From Bacteroidota bacterium (lineage in GTDB: Bacteria; Bacteroidota; Bacteroidia; Chitinophagales; Chitinophagaceae), in the NCBI GenBank assembly GCA_029560415.1, contig JAKQKY010000494.1, forward strand, positions 24 to 64,023: 64,000 bases of DNA. The letters are read 5' to 3'. Below are positions 20,151-29,302 of the stretch, in pieces. Positions within the stretch are counted from its first letter, which is position 1; the number at the start of each line of letters is the position of its first letter. A program made the position numbers and the translations under genes. Below the pieces are notes generated by a model that was not told the DNA's origin, made no database searches, and saw only the letters and a program-made list of their open reading frames with translations.

Positions 20151-23100
20151 TTAAAAATTGATATCGATACCAACAGAATAGGTACGTGGGTTAGGGAATT
20201 CGTATGTAGCAATGTTATTGCTTTCTTCCGGATCAAACCCTGTCCATTTGGTCCAGGTAAACAGGTTTTGTCCCTGTCCCCAAATCCTGAAACTCCTGAA
20301 AAACCTGCTGTTCTTAGGTTCGAAGGTATATCCTGCGGTAAGGTTACGGAAACGAACAAACGAAGCATCGCGAATGTCTTTGCTGCTGAACTGGCGTACA
20401 GCCGATACACGCTGGTAATCGGTGATATCGCCTGGTTTCTGCCAGGTGGTCAGCATTTCAACCCTTTTGTTGAAAGCTGCATTTGAGTTGGTTGTTTCGT
20501 AAAAGAATGATTCGTTATTGAACCTTTTAACACCTTGTGCAGTGGAGAACAACGCAGAGATATCAAAACGCTTCCAGGAAATATCCAGGTTAGCACCGCC
20601 GGTGAATTTGGGAAGGAATGTTCCGTAAGTAGCCCTGCTGTTGGCAGCAGAATATACGTTTGTTGGATTTCCGTTCAGGTCTTCATAAACAGGCTGACCA
20701 GATTGGGGATCAACACCAAGGTATCCAACAACGTAATGGGTACCCAATGATTCGCCTACCCTGATGATACCGGTTCCCTGTGGAATTTCAGTTAATCCGC
20801 CAAGGTCGAGTACTTCATTTTTATTGAAGGCTCCGTTAACGCCAACGGTTACCAGCAGTTCGTCTGTTTTAAACGCATCAACACTGGCAGTAAATTCAAA
20901 ACCTTTATTCCTCATCTTGGCCGCATTGGTAGCCAGTGCAGTAAATCCTGAAGTGCGGGAGAGGTTTTGGTTGATGAACAGGTTACGGGAATCTTTTTTA
21001 TAAGCATCAACGGTAACCCTTACACGCTTATTCCAGAAACTGATGTCGGCACCAATGTTGGTGATCAACTGGCTTTCCAGTTTATATGTTGGGTTGCCCG
21101 GTGAAGTTGGGATGGTTCCCGGTGCACCCGCATAACCACCAGCACCATAGGTTTGCAGGTAACCGAAATCGGATGCAAACCCGTTTACGTTACCGGCTTC
21201 TCCATAACTGGCCCTGATCCTTACATCCTGAACAAAGCGTTGGTTAGCCATGAATTTCTCCATGCTAAGATTCCAGTTTCCGCCAATGGCCCAGAAAATA
21301 TTGCTCCTGTTTTCTGCCGCTACCTGAGAAGGTTCGTCTTTACGAAGACTGGCAGAGATGGTATATTTTTTATTGTAGGTATAATCAGCCGTACTAAATA
21401 AAGAGAAAAGGCCATTGATCGTTTTTCCGTTTCCTGGTAAGAAAGCTCCACCCAGTGTAGGAATAAAATTGTTGGTTGCAGAACCCGGTGTAATGCCAAC
21501 CGGTGTGTTTGGCAAACGGGCAAGTATACCGTAGCCTGTAACACTGAAACCACGTGATTTATTGCGAATGGCTTCCACCATGGCAGAGGCACTGACCACA
21601 TGTTTCCTGAAAGACCTGTTGAATACCAACCCTGAAGTAGTAATCAACTGGAGATTTTCAAAATTTCCTTCTCCATAAGAACCCTGTCCGCCCTGCGCAA
21701 CACTGGCTCCGGCAAATGAGGTTGGATCTGCAAATCGACTTTGATTATTATTTCTCCAGTCAACACCGTTGGAAGTGCGAAGTGCGAGGCCGCCAAAAAG
21801 TTCGTATTGAAGCGTAATGCCGAGGTTTCCTTTAAACTGGTTGCTTACAGCAGTGGTAGTAAAGATCCTGTCATAAGCATTGGCCGCTGTTTTACCAGCG
21901 CCTACATCATTCTTGCCATTGGCAAGCGTGAGTTTGCGGTAAGGCAACTCCAGGAATGCTGCTGCTACCGGGTTTGCCAGTGCAACACCTGCTTCTGATT
22001 CGATACTGTTCTGGCTGCTGTAACCGGCAGAAGACCTAACGTTTACGGAAAGACGATCAGATTTGAAGTCGATATTCGCCCGGAAAGTGTACCTGTCTAA
22101 ACCAGAGCGGATCAGGATGCCTTGCTGCTTATAATAAGATAATGAGGTATAAAAACTGAGGTTCTGGTTACCACCTGACGCATTGAGTTCCTGTTGAGAA
22201 AACTTTCCTTTCTGGAAGAAAATATTACTCCAATCTGTATTTATTTTACGGATTGAATCGAGCAAACCAGCTTCGGTAGTCCTTTGTGCGGCCGACAGTG
22301 TTTGATAGCGTGGGTTATTTGGACTATAATCCCAACCCGGGAAACCGGTAATGGCATTGGAAGGTAAAACGCCAGCAGGACCACCAAGTACTTTCTCTTC
22401 ATATTCCAGGCGTTGATCGGTATTCATCAACTGCAGGTTATTCTGCGATGGTGCATCTGAAAAACCTACCTGGCTCCTGTATTGTATAAGTGTTTTACCA
22501 CTCTTTCCTTTCTTAGAGGTAATAACGATAACACCATTGGCACCACGTGAACCATACAAACCCGCACCAACAGCATCTTTTAATACGTCTACTGTTGCAA
22601 AATCATTCGGGTTCATAGAACGGAAAACATTGGCCTCAATGGGAATTCCATCAAGAACATACAGTGGATCACTACCGCCAGAAATAGACCCAACGCCACG
22701 GATATTAACCCTGGCGGCTGTTCCTGGCTGGCCAGAACCCGATGCAATGTATAAACCTGGCGCCCTACCCTGCAGGATCTGCTCAAAGGAAGCCAGCGGG
22801 ATCTGCTCGATCTGCCTTGACAATACTTTGGTATTGGCACCGGTAAATTCGGTTTTCTTACGGGTGCTATACCCGGTGATCACCAACTCGCCCAATGCTT
22901 TATCATCAATCTTTAATCCAACATTGATGATACCCTTATCAGCGATCCTGATTTCCTGAGTCTGCATATTAACAGAGGAAAATACCAGGACCTTTGCATC
23001 AGCAGCTACATTTATTGAATAAGTGCCGTCTGCTGCAGAAGCAGTTCCTGTATTTGAACCTTTAATGATGATGGAAACATTTGAAAGCGGGTTGCCCTTT

Positions 23101-23195
23101 TCATCAGTAACCTTTCCGGTAACAACCCGGCTCTGGGCAATGACGCTTCCCAGCAATAAAAACATTGCTGATAGGAACAGGAGGATTTTTCTCAT
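20151..23195 (-). CDS. SusC/RagA family TonB-dependent transporter
   Basis: N-terminal VTGKVTDEKG domain, plug PLYVLDG and LKDA..YGSRGANGVIVIT, terminal F. Start at ATG 23195 (MRKIL). Confidence 0.97.
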   Translation of the reverse strand: MRKILLFLSAMFLLLGSVIAQSRVVTGKVTDEKGNPLSNVSIIIKGSNTGTASAADGTYSINVAADAKVLVFSSVNMQTQEIRIADKGIINVGLKIDDKALGELVITGYSTRKKTEFTGANTKVLSRQIEQIPLASFEQILQGRAPGLYIASGSGQPGTAARVNIRGVGSISGGSDPLYVLDGIPIEANVFRSMNPNDFATVDVLKDAVGAGLYGSRGANGVIVITSKKGKSGKTLIQYRSQVGFSDAPSQNNLQLMNTDQRLEYEEKVLGGPAGVLPSNAITGFPGWDYSPNNPRYQTLSAAQRTTEAGLLDSIRKINTDWSNIFFQKGKFSQQELNASGGNQNLSFYTSLSYYKQQGILIRSGLDRYTFRANIDFKSDRLSVNVRSSAGYSSQNSIESEAGVALANPVAAAFLELPYRKLTLANGKNDVGAGKTAANAYDRIFTTTAVSNQFKGNLGITLQYELFGGLALRTSNGVDWRNNNQSRFADPTSFAGASVAQGGQGSYGEGNFENLQLITTSGLVFNRSFRKHVVSASAMVEAIRNKSRGFSVTGYGILARLPNTPVGITPGSATNNFIPTLGGAFLPGNGKTINGLFSLFSTADYTYNKKYTISASLRKDEPSQVAAENRSNIFWAIGGNWNLSMEKFMANQRFVQDVRIRASYGEAGNVNGFASDFGYLQTYGAGGYAGAPGTIPTSPGNPTYKLESQLITNIGADISFWNKRVRVTVDAYKKDSRNLFINQNLSRTSGFTALATNAAKMRNKGFEFTASVDAFKTDELLVTVGVNGAFNKNEVLDLGGLTEIPQGTGIIRVGESLGTHYVVGYLGVDPQSGQPVYEDLNGNPTNVYSAANSRATYGTFLPKFTGGANLDISWKRFDISALFSTAQGVKRFNNESFFYETTNSNAAFNKRVEMLTTWQKPGDITDYQRVSAVRQFSSKDIRDASFVRFRNLTAGYTFEPKNSRFFRSFRIWGQGQNLFTWTKWTGFDPEESNNIATYEFPNPRTYSVGIDINF

Positions 23196-23330
23196 ATGCA
23201 TATTAGTTTATGAAATCAAAGATATATCAGATTATCTGAAGATTGCTAAAGTGAGAGACAAGATTCTTTCCACATATGCTGCGTTTACAGGGAGTTACCG
23301 AAGAATTTACTCTTTTTATCCACTAAGCAT

Positions 23331-25667
23331 TTAGGCTTCCTTGCTTTGCTTTTCCGGATTGAAGATCAATAAGAGAACTGGCAATAAAACCAGGTTGGTT
23401 ATTGTGGCCACCAATAAGGTAACCGATGTTAGCCATCCCAATGCAAATGTACCGCCAAAACTGCTGGCACAAAAGATCACGAATCCTGCCGTTAAAACAA
23501 GCGATGTATATATAATACTTAAACCGGTTTGCTGAACCGTGCTTTTAACGGTTGCCTGAACATTGCCATTGTGTAAAGGCAGATCCTGCCGGTAATTTAC
23601 GAGGAACCGAATGGTGATGTCGACCGCAATGCCGAGAGCAACACTAAAGATCAACACGGTGGATGGCTTTAATGGAATACCCACCCAGCCCATGATACCA
23701 GCCGTTACAAGCAGCGGCACCAGGTTTGGAACCAGCGAGCAGATCAAAATGCGGAACGACCTGAAAAGGTATAACATGCAAAGTGCGATCAGCAAAAAAG
23801 CCCAGAAAATACTTTCTTTCAAACCATTGATGATAAAACGGCTTCCTTCAAGAAAGGTGATACTGGTACCGGTAAGTACTACATGATAAGATGAACTATC
23901 GAAGATTTTATCGGCATGCTGCCGGATGCTGTCGAGCAATACCGGTAGTTTTTCGGTGCCAATATCGGCCATGCTTACACTAAGCCGGGTATATCTTTTG
24001 CTGGTATCGATAAACGAATGCAGCATTTTGGTAAAATTGTTTGTTGCCTTACCATCTTTAGAAGGTTTGAGATACTCACCAACAAACGCCCCATCAAAAG
24101 CGTTCGGCATCAGGTATTGGGTGGAATCATTTTCATAAAAGCCCTGCTTGGCAAAACGAAGCCCTTCTGCAACCGACAATGGCCTGCTCATGTCCTTGCT
24201 GGCCGCAATATAAGAAGCAAGTGAATCAACTTTTTCAAATATAGACAGCGCTTTCATCCCCGACAGCCCATTACGCTTTTTTGTATCCACTGTTATTTCC
24301 AATGGCATCACCCCTTTGAAATTCTGTTCAAAAAACCGGAGATCTTCATATATCTTATCTTTCTTCGGCAGATCATCTACAATGTATGCAACCGATTTTA
24401 ATCGCATCATACCGGCAACGGATACCAGCACTATGATCCCGGTTAAAAAAAGCACGGCTTTACGGTGACTAAAAACCCACTTCTCTACATTCGACAGGAA
24501 ACGGGTAATGAATCGATTGTTCAGGTAGGTAAGCTGCGTTTTCCCCGGCGCCGGCAGGTAGCTTAGTACCGCAGGCAATAAAATGAAACTCACCACGAAA
24601 ATGATCATGATACTGATACCTGCAACTACACCAAACTCTTTAAGGATGGCACTACGGGTAAGCGCAAACACAGCAAAGCCAATAGCAGCGGTGATATTGC
24701 AAAACAACGTAACAACACCCATCTTGCTTACCATGTTCACCAGTGATTGAATCTTATCACCCGAATGCACATACGAAGTATGATACTTATTTATGAAATA
24801 AATACAGTTTGGTATCCCGATCACCACTACCAGGGAAGGAATCAATGCCGTTAGTAACGTTATATTGTATCCGCAGAGGTAGGTAACACCAACAGTCCAT
24901 ATTACCCCCGTGAGTACTACGGCCAGGGAAATGAGTGTAGTGCTGATGGAACGGAAGAACAACAACAGGATCAATACACTGAGGCCAAGCGATCCCAGTA
25001 AAAAAAGTTTCATTTCCTTTTGAATGCGGGTAGCCACCTGTGTACGGATCAATGGAAGTCCGCTCACATGCGCCTGCTGACCCGTTGTTTTTTCATACAC
25101 AGTCACTGCATCCACAATATCGGCGATCACCTTAACCCTTGCTGGTGAATTCAGCAACTCTTTATTGATCTTCACTCCCATGAGATATGCCTGGGTAGCA
25201 GGGTTGTATAACAGTCCGCGATAAAAAGGAAGATTGAAAAAATTAGCCGAAGCAGAATCAAGTTGTGACTGGCTGGTTACCTGGTCTGGAAATATTTTTA
25301 CAGCATATAATTTTTCTGCCGCACTGTCTTTCTGCAAACTAACGGCACCCGGTATACTAAGAATATCTTCCACCGCCGGTGCACTCTTTATCTTTTTCTG
25401 TAACTGTTGGTAAGCACTGAATTGGGGAACTGTAAAAAGATTTTTGGATTGTATGCCGATCACCAGCATGTTGCCATCGTCGCCAAAGGTCTTTTTGAAA
25501 AAAAGATAATCGAGGTATTTTGGATTATCGGTAGGAATGGCTTTCGAAAAATCGTAGCTAAGTTTCACTTTGGATGCATAATAACCCATGATGCCGGTAG
25601 TGAGAACCAATAAGATCAATAAAACAAGCCTGTTTTTAATAACGAATTTTCCTAGCCGCTGCCACAT
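23331..25667 (-). CDS. MMPL/RND family transporter
   Basis: Two repeats of a periplasmic loop plus multiple TMs, GIAVDITIRF motif, 778 aa. Confidence 0.88.
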   Translation of the reverse strand: MWQRLGKFVIKNRLVLLILLVLTTGIMGYYASKVKLSYDFSKAIPTDNPKYLDYLFFKKTFGDDGNMLVIGIQSKNLFTVPQFSAYQQLQKKIKSAPAVEDILSIPGAVSLQKDSAAEKLYAVKIFPDQVTSQSQLDSASANFFNLPFYRGLLYNPATQAYLMGVKINKELLNSPARVKVIADIVDAVTVYEKTTGQQAHVSGLPLIRTQVATRIQKEMKLFLLGSLGLSVLILLLFFRSISTTLISLAVVLTGVIWTVGVTYLCGYNITLLTALIPSLVVVIGIPNCIYFINKYHTSYVHSGDKIQSLVNMVSKMGVVTLFCNITAAIGFAVFALTRSAILKEFGVVAGISIMIIFVVSFILLPAVLSYLPAPGKTQLTYLNNRFITRFLSNVEKWVFSHRKAVLFLTGIIVLVSVAGMMRLKSVAYIVDDLPKKDKIYEDLRFFEQNFKGVMPLEITVDTKKRNGLSGMKALSIFEKVDSLASYIAASKDMSRPLSVAEGLRFAKQGFYENDSTQYLMPNAFDGAFVGEYLKPSKDGKATNNFTKMLHSFIDTSKRYTRLSVSMADIGTEKLPVLLDSIRQHADKIFDSSSYHVVLTGTSITFLEGSRFIINGLKESIFWAFLLIALCMLYLFRSFRILICSLVPNLVPLLVTAGIMGWVGIPLKPSTVLIFSVALGIAVDITIRFLVNYRQDLPLHNGNVQATVKSTVQQTGLSIIYTSLVLTAGFVIFCASSFGGTFALGWLTSVTLLVATITNLVLLPVLLLIFNPEKQSKEA

Positions 25668-25791
25668 ATATATATGCTGATTTTAAAACTGATAATTGTG
25701 CAAAGAAAGATCATTTATCATAAACGCAATAAACAGGCCGATAACATTAATCGTACTGAATCGAGTAATTTGCACCCGACAGGCATCATTC

Positions 25792-26538
25792 ATGACTCAT
25801 AAAACAAAAGGAATTGTATTGCGCAGCATCCGGTATGGCGAAACCAGCCTGGTGGTAACGGTTTTCACGGCACTGTTTGGCATACAGGTTTACCTTGTGA
25901 ATGGCGCAAGATCTGCAAAGAAAACAGGCAATAAGTCGGCCATGTTTCAACCCGGCGCCCTGCTCGAACTGGATGTTTACCACCAGGAACAAAAATCCAT
26001 GCAACGCATCAAGGAATGCAACTGGATGTATCTCTATGAAAACAACCTGAGCCAGGTGATCAAAAACGGCATTGTACTATATATGATGGAATTGCTGTAC
26101 AAAACGTTGAAGCAACCCGAAGAGCATGGCGATCTTTTTGATTTTTGTGAAGACGCTCTTGTACAGCTCGACAAAGCCAACAGCAGCATTGCAGCCAATT
26201 TTGCCCTGTTTTTTACCTTGCAACTAACCCATTTTTTTGGATTTAAAATTCATCATGATCCACGCGTGAGCTATGACTCGGCCGAGCTTTACATCGATTT
26301 TTATGAAGGGAAATTTGTGACAGAACAACCCTTACATCATCATTATATTGAAGGCAACCTGGCCATACAAACTGCTGAGTTATTAAAGGTCATGCACCCC
26401 GACGAACTGAACCAGGTTAAATTAAATCATCAAACCAGGAAAGAACTCCTTTTAAAATACCAGGAATATTACCGGCTGCACATTCCCGATTTTGGGCAAA
26501 TGAAAACATTACAGGTTTTGCATGAGCTTCTTTCTTAA
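25792..26538 (+). CDS. recO: DNA repair protein RecO
   Basis: N-terminal OB fold GIVLRSIRYGETSLVV..FG. Start at ATG 25792. Confidence 0.92.
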   Translation: MTHKTKGIVLRSIRYGETSLVVTVFTALFGIQVYLVNGARSAKKTGNKSAMFQPGALLELDVYHQEQKSMQRIKECNWMYLYENNLSQVIKNGIVLYMMELLYKTLKQPEEHGDLFDFCEDALVQLDKANSSIAANFALFFTLQLTHFFGFKIHHDPRVSYDSAELYIDFYEGKFVTEQPLHHHYIEGNLAIQTAELLKVMHPDELNQVKLNHQTRKELLLKYQEYYRLHIPDFGQMKTLQVLHELLS

Positions 26539-27692
26539 AGCAACCTTGAGGCCTTATCATCAGACAGGAGTAAAATGCCAGGCTTTTTCCCACGATCAAA
26601 ACTACCTAACCGATCACCTAAACCCAGGGCCATGGCGCCATTGATAGTAGCCCATCGCAGAAGCTGCTCCCAGGGAATGGCAGGGAAATGTTTACGGATC
26701 GCTTTCAGCTCTTCCATAACATTCAATTGCCAATTGCTGGCATAGCTGTCTGTCCCAATCACCATCTTACATCCTTTATTCATCAACATTTCCAGCGGAG
26801 GCAACGAATTTTCAATGTATAGGTTCGCATTGATACAGATGCAAAAAAAATAATCTTTCACTTCTTTCCCGGTAACTGTTTCAATAAACTCCACATCTGC
26901 TATGCTCGTATGAGTATTGTGAACCGAAAGGATCGTTTGGTTTTTGTTGATATTTGGTAACCAGCTTTTCAAACTGGTTTGACCTGTTGCTGAAAATGCT
27001 GTTATATCAATACCCATATTTTCATAAAGCCTTAGGAAGTCTCCGGACTTTTTCTCATAGAGATCATTTTCTGCCGGCGATTCCTGGTTGTGAATACTGA
27101 TGAGCTGGCCTGCTGTATGTTCATTGAGTAAGGAAAATAATTTTTCAGACACAGAATATGGCGCATGTGGGGATAAGGTTGCTGGCATTGTAGACAGCTG
27201 TTGAATAAACTGTTGACGAATTTCCCCCGCTGCGTTGAAACGCTTTTCTGCTCCCGCTTCTACAAATCCGCTTACTTCAATAAAATTATGCCATTGTAAC
27301 GGGCTATTCATTTTCAAAGCAATTGAATCGGTGGTATTGCATATATCGCCAATGGCTACGGTGCCGCCTGTAAATAATTCCTGCTCGGCCTGGATCATCG
27401 ACGCCAGTTTGGTTTCTGCATCCGCTTCTCTTAGTGCCATTACCTGTTGTACAAAATTCACCAACCCCTGCCGTTCTGGTATCTTACCTTTCAGGTGACT
27501 TAGCTCTATATGACAATGAGCATTCACAAATCCCGGCGAAAGCGTTCCCTGGAAAGATTCTATGTCATCACCGGCATCGGCCATCGAAACCAGGTCTGCA
27601 ATTTCACCATCCCTGTTGCAGATCAGCACATGCTGGCCGGGCAACATTTCTAAGCCTGTAAAAATCTGGTCAGCCGTAAATTTTCTAAACAA
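26535..27692 (-). CDS. Amidohydrolase (nucleoside deaminase-like)
   Basis: PGFVNAHCHIELS, PHAPYS, IHNQE and GTDS metal motifs. Probable TTG start at 27692; start is uncertain. Confidence 0.85.
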   Translation of the reverse strand: MFRKFTADQIFTGLEMLPGQHVLICNRDGEIADLVSMADAGDDIESFQGTLSPGFVNAHCHIELSHLKGKIPERQGLVNFVQQVMALREADAETKLASMIQAEQELFTGGTVAIGDICNTTDSIALKMNSPLQWHNFIEVSGFVEAGAEKRFNAAGEIRQQFIQQLSTMPATLSPHAPYSVSEKLFSLLNEHTAGQLISIHNQESPAENDLYEKKSGDFLRLYENMGIDITAFSATGQTSLKSWLPNINKNQTILSVHNTHTSIADVEFIETVTGKEVKDYFFCICINANLYIENSLPPLEMLMNKGCKMVIGTDSYASNWQLNVMEELKAIRKHFPAIPWEQLLRWATINGAMALGLGDRLGSFDRGKKPGILLLSDDKASRLL

Positions 27693-27770
27693 AATGATTG
27701 ATTGATATGATGTAATTTTGCCGCCCTGTGCAGTAGCCCGGCTTTGAGGGTGCGGCAATAAAAATACACT

Positions 27771-28835
27771 ATGTTAGATAAACTCGATGCCATTAAGGCG
27801 AAATTTGATGACCTGGGGGTTGCACTTACAAATCCCGAGATCGTTAGTGACAATAAACGATACAGTGCCATGAGCAAGGAATACCGTAGCCTTGGCAAAA
27901 TTGTAGACTTGAGAAATGCTTATGTAAAACTCCTGGATGAGATCAGTTTCACTAAAGAAGTATTGAATGCCGATGATGCAGAAATGAGGGATTTGGCAAA
28001 AGCAGAATTGCCAGGTATGGAGGAGAAAAAAGATTTGCTGGAAAAGAACCTGCGCAATATGCTCATTCCAAAAGATCCTTATGATGAAAAAAATGCCATC
28101 CTCGAGATCAGGGCTGGTACTGGTGGAGATGAAGCTTCTTTATTTGCCGGCAACCTGCTTCGCATGTACCTGAAGTATTGTGAAAAGAAAGGCTGGAAAA
28201 CAGCCATCCTAAGTGAAAGCGAAGGAACCGTAGGCGGATACAAGGAAGTGCAGGTAGAAGTTGTAGGGGATGATGTTTACGGCACACTCAAATTTGAAAG
28301 TGGCGTTCACCGGGTACAAAGGGTGCCCGATACCGAAAGCAGTGGCAGGGTTCATACAAGTGCTGCCACGGTGGCAGTGATGCCTGAAGCAGAAGAGGTA
28401 GATTTTGAACTGAAAGAAAGCGATGTTAAAATGGAAACGGCCAGGAGTGGTGGAGCGGGCGGACAAAATGTAAACAAAGTAGAAACAAAAGTTTTTCTAA
28501 CCCATAAGCCCACCGGTATTGTAGTGGTTTGCCAAACAGAGCGAAGCCAATTGGGAAACCGGGAAAAAGCAATGGACATGTTGCGTACAAAACTCTACGA
28601 TGAAGAAGTACGAAAGGCAGAAGAAGCCATTGCCCATAAACGCAAAAGCCTCGTAAGCACCGGCGACCGAAGCGCAAAAATACGAACGTATAATTACCCC
28701 CAGGGAAGAGTAACCGATCACCGCATCGGGTTAACCGTTTATAACCTGGATGCCGTACTGAACGGCGAAGTACATGAATTTATTGAAGCTTTGCAATTTG
28801 CCGAAAATGCAGAGAAGCTCACTTCACAACAGTAA
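27771..28835 (+). CDS. prfA: Peptide chain release factor 1
   Basis: [16 protein letters not shown] (PxT, RF1 specificity), GGQ and [14 protein letters not shown]. Confidence 0.98.
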   Translation: MLDKLDAIKAKFDDLGVALTNPEIVSDNKRYSAMSKEYRSLGKIVDLRNAYVKLLDEISFTKEVLNADDAEMRDLAKAELPGMEEKKDLLEKNLRNMLIPKDPYDEKNAILEIRAGTGGDEASLFAGNLLRMYLKYCEKKGWKTAILSESEGTVGGYKEVQVEVVGDDVYGTLKFESGVHRVQRVPDTESSGRVHTSAATVAVMPEAEEVDFELKESDVKMETARSGGAGGQNVNKVETKVFLTHKPTGIVVVCQTERSQLGNREKAMDMLRTKLYDEEVRKAEEAIAHKRKSLVSTGDRSAKIRTYNYPQGRVTDHRIGLTVYNLDAVLNGEVHEFIEALQFAENAEKLTSQQ

Positions 28836-28857
28836 ATAATGTCAACTTAGTATTCAT

Positions 28858-28880
28858 AAAAGCCACGTAATGTGGCTTTT
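28858..28880 (+). terminator. prfA intrinsic terminator
   Basis: AAAAGCCAC-GTAAT-GTGGCTTTT. Confidence 0.8.
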
Positions 28881-28976
28881 CGCATTATTATATATGTTGG
28901 GAAGAAAAATTGTTCTTTTAAAAAAATCAGGCAAAAATAACATGTTGGCAAATCCTTAACAGATCATGAATTATTT

Positions 28977-28992
28977 TGGCACCGTGTTTGCA
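28977..28992 (+). promoter_or_regulatory. Sigma-54 (RpoN) -24/-12 promoter
   Basis: TGGCACCGTGTTTGCA has exact GG-N10-GC spacing and matches the TGGCAC-N5-TTGCW consensus. It is intergenic, with predicted +1 near 29003-29004. Confidence 0.8.
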
Positions 28993-29003
28993 AATATATA
29001 TTC

Positions 29004-29090
29004 AGAACACACAAACACTACATTTCAATTTTCTCATAAGCAGTTAGTTTTGGTAAACGGCCCCTGTTTCTACAGGGGCTTTCTTTTTTC
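29004..29090 (+). ncRNA. Candidate sigma-54-dependent small RNA
   Basis: Bounded by the -24/-12 promoter and a terminator, with no ATG on this strand. Its core is complementary to start-codon regions of three genes in the window. Confidence 0.65.
29060..29090 (+). terminator. Intrinsic terminator of candidate sRNA
   Basis: GCCCCTGT-TTCT-ACAGGGGC (8-bp stem) followed by TTTCTTTTTTC. Confidence 0.9.
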
Positions 29091-29302
29091 CAGATTTTTT
29101 CCTCGTAAAAATACTTTTCCCGGTTAACCTGCTGTTAAGTATCAAAACGTCTATGGCTTGTTAAGATACATTTGCATAATATTTTAAATCTATTGTTTTA
29201 ACAACATGAACCAAAGCTGGTTCTTGGGTAAAACAACCGGCCAGCGCATAAACTGCATAACATAACGCAGTGTGCTTTAACTTCGCAAAAATTGTTTAAA
29301 CA

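Noticed and set aside
27771-28835. Possible programmed frameshift in the release factor gene
   Set aside because: It is RF1 (PxT motif) in one continuous frame. The known frameshift belongs to prfB.
28877-28904. Weak resemblance to a dif (XerCD) site: CGCATTATTATATATGTT
   Set aside because: It lacks the TTATGTTAAAT XerD arm and correct spacing.
29002-29037. Minus-strand micro-ORF MRKLKCSVCVF with a good-looking start context (AAAACTAACTGCTT-ATGAGAAAA)
   Set aside because: It is only 11 codons, and the promoter and terminator both point to the plus strand. The start-like look is what an anti-start-codon seed would produce. Not fully excluded without ribosome profiling.
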